From the NCBI GenBank assembly GCA_000004695.1, contig CM000152.2:5984001-6048000 (forward strand): a stretch of DNA of 64,000 bases, given 5' to 3'. This stretch comes from Dictyostelium discoideum (taxonomy: Eukaryota). Each line of letters opens with the position of its first letter. Positions within the stretch are counted from its first letter, which is position 1. Of this stretch, positions 58,766 through 64,000 are shown piece by piece. The notes under the pieces were generated by a model, which saw only the letters and a list, made by a program, of their open reading frames with translations, was not told the origin of the DNA and did no database searches. The position numbers were made by a program, and so were the translations under genes.

Positions 58766-60628
58766 ATGATACCAGATGATATTAAAAATTTATGTTTAGG
58801 TAATATTAAAATTCCATTTCATTTACAATCAATACCAGATTCTGTAAAGATGATAACTTTTGATGATGGTTATAGCCATAGGATCAGTCCTTTAAATATT
58901 CCAACTAAAATTAAAACTTTATGTTTTGGTAATGTTACATTTCGTATTGATCCTAAGTCAATACCATCAACGGTTACAGAATTAAGATTTTGTAAAGGAT
59001 TTAATCATGTTATTGTACCAATTTTCATACCAAAATCAGTTATAACAATGTATTTGGGTGAAATCGATTATCCATTAAAAAGGTATTCAATCCCTCAATC
59101 TATAAAAACTGTATGGTTTTATGAATTTTATCATCCAATTAACAAAGATGTAATACCAATCACAGTTGAAAAAATGATAATTTGTAGTATAAAATCAAAA
59201 TTAGTAAATGGTTCAATACCATCAACTATAAAGGAATTAAGACTATGTAATGGTTTTAATATTAATTTAACTCATGGTATAATACCAAATACTTTAGAGA
59301 GATTATATATTGGCAAAATTACATATCCATTATCAAGAAGTTCTTTACCTTTAGTTAAAGAATTAATATTTTATAATAATTTCAACCATATATTAACATC
59401 AGATTTAATACCAGATTCAGTTAAAAAACTTAGTTTTGATAAAATTGAAAATGCATTAAGTGAAAATGTAATCCCATCAAATGTTAAAGTTTTATATTTT
59501 ACTAGAGGTTATAAACATCCAATATCTTCAAAAATAATTCCAAATAATACTGAAACATTAATTATTGGCGATATTAAATATCCAATGGACCATGATGCAA
59601 TTCCTTCAACTTTAAAACATTTAATATTAACAAATGGATTTCATAAAACTAATATCACATTGGAAATGATACCTAAAACTATTAAAAAGTTAACGCTTGG
59701 TAAAATCAATGACCCAATTAAAATAAAACAAATACCAACCTCTGTAAAATGTTTAGCATTAGGAGAATTTAATGAAACTATATCAAGAATGATACCAAAA
59801 ACAGTTGAATCATTATTTTTTGCTAATATTACTTATCCCTTCACATCGAATTTAATACCATCAAATATTAGTACTTTAGGTTTTTATGGTGGATTTAATC
59901 ATGAAATTAAATTCAAAATGATACCAAACACAATTAATTCACTTTATTTTGGTAATTCAAATCGAGTGGCTGAAAGAGATTCAATTCCTACAAATATTAA
60001 AAATTTAGAATTCAATGAAATGTTTGCATTTAAAATTACAAATAATTTAATTCCAATTACCATTGAACAATTAACATTGGGTGAAATTAAATATCCACTT
60101 GAAGTCAATTCAATACCATCAAATGTAACAACGTTAATTCTTGGTGATGGTTTTAATCATGAAATTAAATCATTAAATATAATTCCAAACACTATTGAAA
60201 CTTTAAAATTAGAAGATATCGAATATCCATTACATTTAAATTTACTTGATTTAAAAATAAAGAATTTAATAATAACTCGAGGTTATAAATTTTATGTTGA
60301 TCCAAATGAAATACCTGAAACTGTTGAAAAACTTTATTTAGGTAAAATTAAACAACCAATAAAAGCAGATTCAATACCACCAACTGTTAAAGAATTAATT
60401 TTATGTGATGGATTCAATCATAAAATAACACCAGATTTAATTCCAAAAACAATTGAAACTATATCAATTGGTTTCATTATTTATCCATCATCAATTTATT
60501 CAATACCAAACACTGTAAAATTATTAAATATTGGTATGGGATTCCCTCTTGAAATCAATGCAGAAGATTTTCCAAAATCAACTAAATTAAATTTTAAGAA
60601 TTCATCAATTAATACTAAAATTCTTTAA
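58766..60628 (+). CDS. FNIP-repeat protein, 620 aa as a stand-alone ORF. It is probably exon 2 of the 53460 gene, joined through a candidate intron at 58618..58691.
   Basis: About 20 tandem about 22-residue FNIP/LRR-like repeats (IPxSVKxLxFGxxFNHxIxxxxIPxTVxxLxxG). A 30-bp duplication of the upstream gene's terminal codons (aatttagtaatgattttRattttaWa) sits just 5' of the ATG. Confidence 0.75.
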   Translation: MIPDDIKNLCLGNIKIPFHLQSIPDSVKMITFDDGYSHRISPLNIPTKIKTLCFGNVTFRIDPKSIPSTVTELRFCKGFNHVIVPIFIPKSVITMYLGEIDYPLKRYSIPQSIKTVWFYEFYHPINKDVIPITVEKMIICSIKSKLVNGSIPSTIKELRLCNGFNINLTHGIIPNTLERLYIGKITYPLSRSSLPLVKELIFYNNFNHILTSDLIPDSVKKLSFDKIENALSENVIPSNVKVLYFTRGYKHPISSKIIPNNTETLIIGDIKYPMDHDAIPSTLKHLILTNGFHKTNITLEMIPKTIKKLTLGKINDPIKIKQIPTSVKCLALGEFNETISRMIPKTVESLFFANITYPFTSNLIPSNISTLGFYGGFNHEIKFKMIPNTINSLYFGNSNRVAERDSIPTNIKNLEFNEMFAFKITNNLIPITIEQLTLGEIKYPLEVNSIPSNVTTLILGDGFNHEIKSLNIIPNTIETLKLEDIEYPLHLNLLDLKIKNLIITRGYKFYVDPNEIPETVEKLYLGKIKQPIKADSIPPTVKELILCDGFNHKITPDLIPKTIETISIGFIIYPSSIYSIPNTVKLLNIGMGFPLEINAEDFPKSTKLNFKNSSINTKIL

Positions 60629-60634
60629 ATTACT

Positions 60635-60810
60635 TTATGGGGTATATGTAATAATAATAAAAAAAAAAAGAATAATTAAAATAAAAAAAAATAAAAATAA
60701 AACACTGGAAAATTAAAAAACAAAAACTAAAAATTATTTTATTTAAATAAACAGTTCTTTTTTTTCTTTTTATTTTGAGTTATGGTAACAATTCCCAAGG
60801 AATTTTATTT
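60635..60810 (+). repeat. Diverged copy (about 75%) of 52195..52376, the exon-intron junction plus terminal exon of small-TM paralog C. An orphan 3' fragment of that family downstream of the FNIP ORF.
   Basis: ttatggggtatatgtaa ...actggaaaattaaaaaacaaaaactaaaaattattttattt...aaacagttcttttttttctttttattttgagttatggtaacaattcccaaggaat aligns with ttattggagtatgtaaa...actggaatattaaaaaactaaaaattattttatttt...aaagagttcttattttatttttttctttctattttgggttgtgttaacagttccaaaggaat. Confidence 0.65.
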
Positions 60811-61139
60811 AATAATTAAAAGGAATATTTATGCAGTACTTTGACTAAAAACCCCAAATGTAATAGCTGTAATAATAATAAAAAAAAAATAAAAAATAAA
60901 AAATAAAAAATAAAGATTGTTGTAATTTTAAATAATAAAAAAGAAAATTTAAAAATAAAAATAATAAAAAAGTGATAATTTGTTATTTACTTAAAAAAAA
61001 AAAATGGAAATAATTTATTTATTTATTTATTTATGTTTAGTTAATTGATTTTTTTTATTTTTTTTTTTTTCTAATGAAGATAGATATATGTTTTTACATT
61101 TCATTAAGTATGGTTGGTTAGTTTTTTGATTAAAATAAT

Positions 61140-61895
<756 letters not shown>

Positions 61896-62123
61896 TTATA
61901 TATTTATTTGTTTATTTGTTTGTTTGTATGTATGTTTGTATGTTAGTTTGGTTTTTTGTTTGGAAAGCCATTATTGTGAATTTTAAATTTTATTTATAAA
62001 TAAAAAAAAAAAGTGAAAAAAAAAAAAAAGAAAAAAAGCAATCACAGACTAAAAATAACCTTTTTTTTTTTTTTTATTGAAAAAAATTCAATTTTTTTTT
62101 TTATTATAATTTATTTTCTTTTT

Positions 62124-62155
<32 letters not shown>

Positions 62156-62462
62156 GATGGGTGGATGTTTTTTTTATTAAAATCCAATTGGTTGTAATAA
62201 TCTATTTAATTTTTTATTTTTTCATTTTTTTTTTTATAAAATCAAATTCTTTTTTCTTAAATTTTTAATCATTTTTAGTTTTTTTAAATTTTTTTTTTTT
62301 TTTTTTTTTTTTTTGTGGAACATATGTTTCAAAATTACTTTTTATTTTATTTAATTTTATTTTATTTTTTTTTTTTTTATAATTCCTTATAAGTTATTTT
62401 AAAAAATAAATAAGAATATTAGTTAGACAAACAAAAAAGATTTTATTTAATTTTAAAAAAAA

Positions 62463-62824
62463 ACAATCAAAGATTTCAAAATCTATTTGGTGCACCAATA
62501 ATTGAATCTAAAGAATGTCAAGAAATTATTCAAAGAGTTTATGATAAATTTAAAATTAAAAATGATGAAATTATAATCAATAAAACTGAACAACAAATTA
62601 AAGATTACTCAACTCAATGTGATAATATGTTCACTCTTGGTTTCATCGTTGGTGATATCGCCATTTGTCAACTTATACTTAAACATTATCCAAATCTTTT
62701 TAAAATCACTCAATATGCCTTGACAAGGGCAATAAAAGCGAATAAAATTCATATTATCAAGTTTTATTATCATAACAACAATGATAATTTAATTATAAAT
62801 TTAAAAGATGATCAACCATTTTAG
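62463..62824 (+). CDS. Open frame of at least 120 codons (...FGAPIIESKECQEIIQRVYDKFKIKNDEIIINKTEQQIKDYSTQCDNMFTLGFIVGDIAICQLILKHYPNLFKITQYALTRAIKANKIHIIKFYY...). The start is unresolved. Possible gene or gene fragment.
   Basis: The frame is open far upstream of the ORF-track Met (62627) without an obvious ATG or splice acceptor. No family is recognised. Confidence 0.2.
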
Positions 62825-63384
62825 ATCATTTAAAATCTGAACTTTTAAATCATCAAGATTATAAATTTGATATTAATTGGTTAAATTAAAAAAAAAAAAT
62901 AATAATAAAACAAGAAATCGTGATTCAAATTTAATAAATTAATTAATTAATTAAATAAATAAAAAATTATATATAAAAAATTAAAAAAATAAAATAAAAA
63001 ATTTAAATTCAAGACAGTTAAAAAGTAATACATTCATTTTTTTTTTATTTTATGTTTTTTGGGTGCTCTATCTTCAAGCACTAAATTCACACCAAAAATA
63101 CATAAAAGATTTTTTAAAATAAAAATTAATAAAATAAAAAAACAATCGAAGATTTGGTGAAAAATTTCTTTGAAAAAAAACTTTGGAGTTCAAAAAAAAA
63201 ATATCTTTTTTTTTTTTTTTTTTTTTTTAATTTAATTTTATTTTAATTTAATTTTTTTTTTTTTTTTTCATTTTTTTTTTTTCAACAATTTTTTTAATTT
63301 TTTTTTTTTTTTTTTTTTTTTTTAAACCATATCCAAAAATAAAAATAAAAATAAAAATAAATATAAATATTAAAATAAATAAAA

Positions 63385-64000
63385 ATGGAAGAAAATAAAT
63401 CGATAATTACCACAACCGTTAAATCTGATAAACCAATTGGTTCATATGAAAATGGTGAATATTTATTTTGGAAAGTGTTTAATAATAAATATTTATTAAA
63501 TTTTATAATTTATAAGATTCAAACATCAGAATGGGAATACTATCAAGACCATTATCAAATTCATGCAGAGAATAGATGGAAATTTAAAGATGTTTTTTCA
63601 TTTGATTGGCTGATAATAAATCAACAATTCCCATTGTTAAAGAATAAAATTGAAAATAATGATTTCATTTTATTCGATAAAAAATCAATTCATATTCTAT
63701 TTAAAGAATTTTCAATTTTAAGTGGTACTAAAAAAGTTTTACCAAAATTAGCAAATAGTTACGATGAAAATGGTGATTATGGTAATGCTGAAGATGGCCA
63801 AGATGATGATGAAGATGATGATGATGACGAAGATGCTAAAAATGAAAATAATGAATATAAAAGAAAAGATGAAAAAAAAGCATTAATTTTAAAAGAAATT
63901 TTAATTTCATTATTAGAAAAAAAAAGAAACCAATTTGAAATTTGTGATCTTACAAAACTAGCAGTTATTAATAATAGTATTGAAGGTATTAAAATATTAA
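63385..64000 (+). CDS. 3'-partial hypothetical protein with an acidic D/E tract (MEENKSIITTTVKSDKPIGSYENGEYLFWKVFNNKYL...). It continues past the window end.
   Basis: ATG at 63385 in A-rich context, open to position 64000. It is not in the ORF track because it runs off the edge. Confidence 0.4.
   Translation, partial: MEENKSIITTTVKSDKPIGSYENGEYLFWKVFNNKYLLNFIIYKIQTSEWEYYQDHYQIHAENRWKFKDVFSFDWLIINQQFPLLKNKIENNDFILFDKKSIHILFKEFSILSGTKKVLPKLANSYDENGDYGNAEDGQDDDEDDDDDEDAKNENNEYKRKDEKKALILKEILISLLEKKRNQFEICDLTKLAVINNSIEGIKIL

Overview
The window is 64 kb of extremely AT-rich (about 22-25% GC), gene-dense eukaryotic nuclear DNA. It carries every hallmark of a Dictyostelium (social amoeba) chromosome: poly-Asn/poly-Gln coding tracts, short AT-rich introns with GTAAGT/GTATGT donors and (a/t)AG acceptors, homopolymer A/T runs and (AAT/ATT)n microsatellites. 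The Rac and MidA proteins are near-identical to known D. discoideum proteins. About 28 protein-coding loci (plus partial genes at both window edges) were reconstructed from the ORF track by splice-site and frame analysis. By homology to well-known families they include GMF, exportin-T-like, a SET-domain protein, ribosomal protein S11, a Nudix hydrolase, a ceramide synthase (TLC/Lag1), PPCS, NDUFAF7/MidA, proteasome inhibitor PI31, a TIP30-like oxidoreductase, WDR3/Utp12, a class I PI3-kinase head-to-head with Vps15, an IBtk-like ankyrin-RCC1-BTB protein, a FNIP-repeat protein and a Rac1-family GTPase. Several are unusual. One gene fuses RNI-type leucine-rich repeats and a coiled coil to a Rho-like GTPase domain whose nucleotide-binding motifs are destroyed. 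A 1727-aa protein carries two PI4K-type-II-like kinase modules and is very probably spliced to the downstream FNIP-repeat ORF. Three tandem paralogs encode a small two-pass membrane protein; one has an in-frame TAG, and a 3' fragment of the family sits 8 kb away. An ND4L-like ORF that looks mitochondrial lies just downstream of rps11. A 3-kb patchwork of segmental duplications and a decayed coding relic surrounds the TIP30-like gene. A compact island of interleaved inverted repeats is a candidate small-RNA or regulatory element. GT-rich G-box-like motifs follow poly(A) tracts in several bidirectional intergenic regions. No CRISPR arrays, rRNA genes or intact tRNA genes were found. All coordinates are 1-based, and some exon boundaries are approximate to within about 1 nt.
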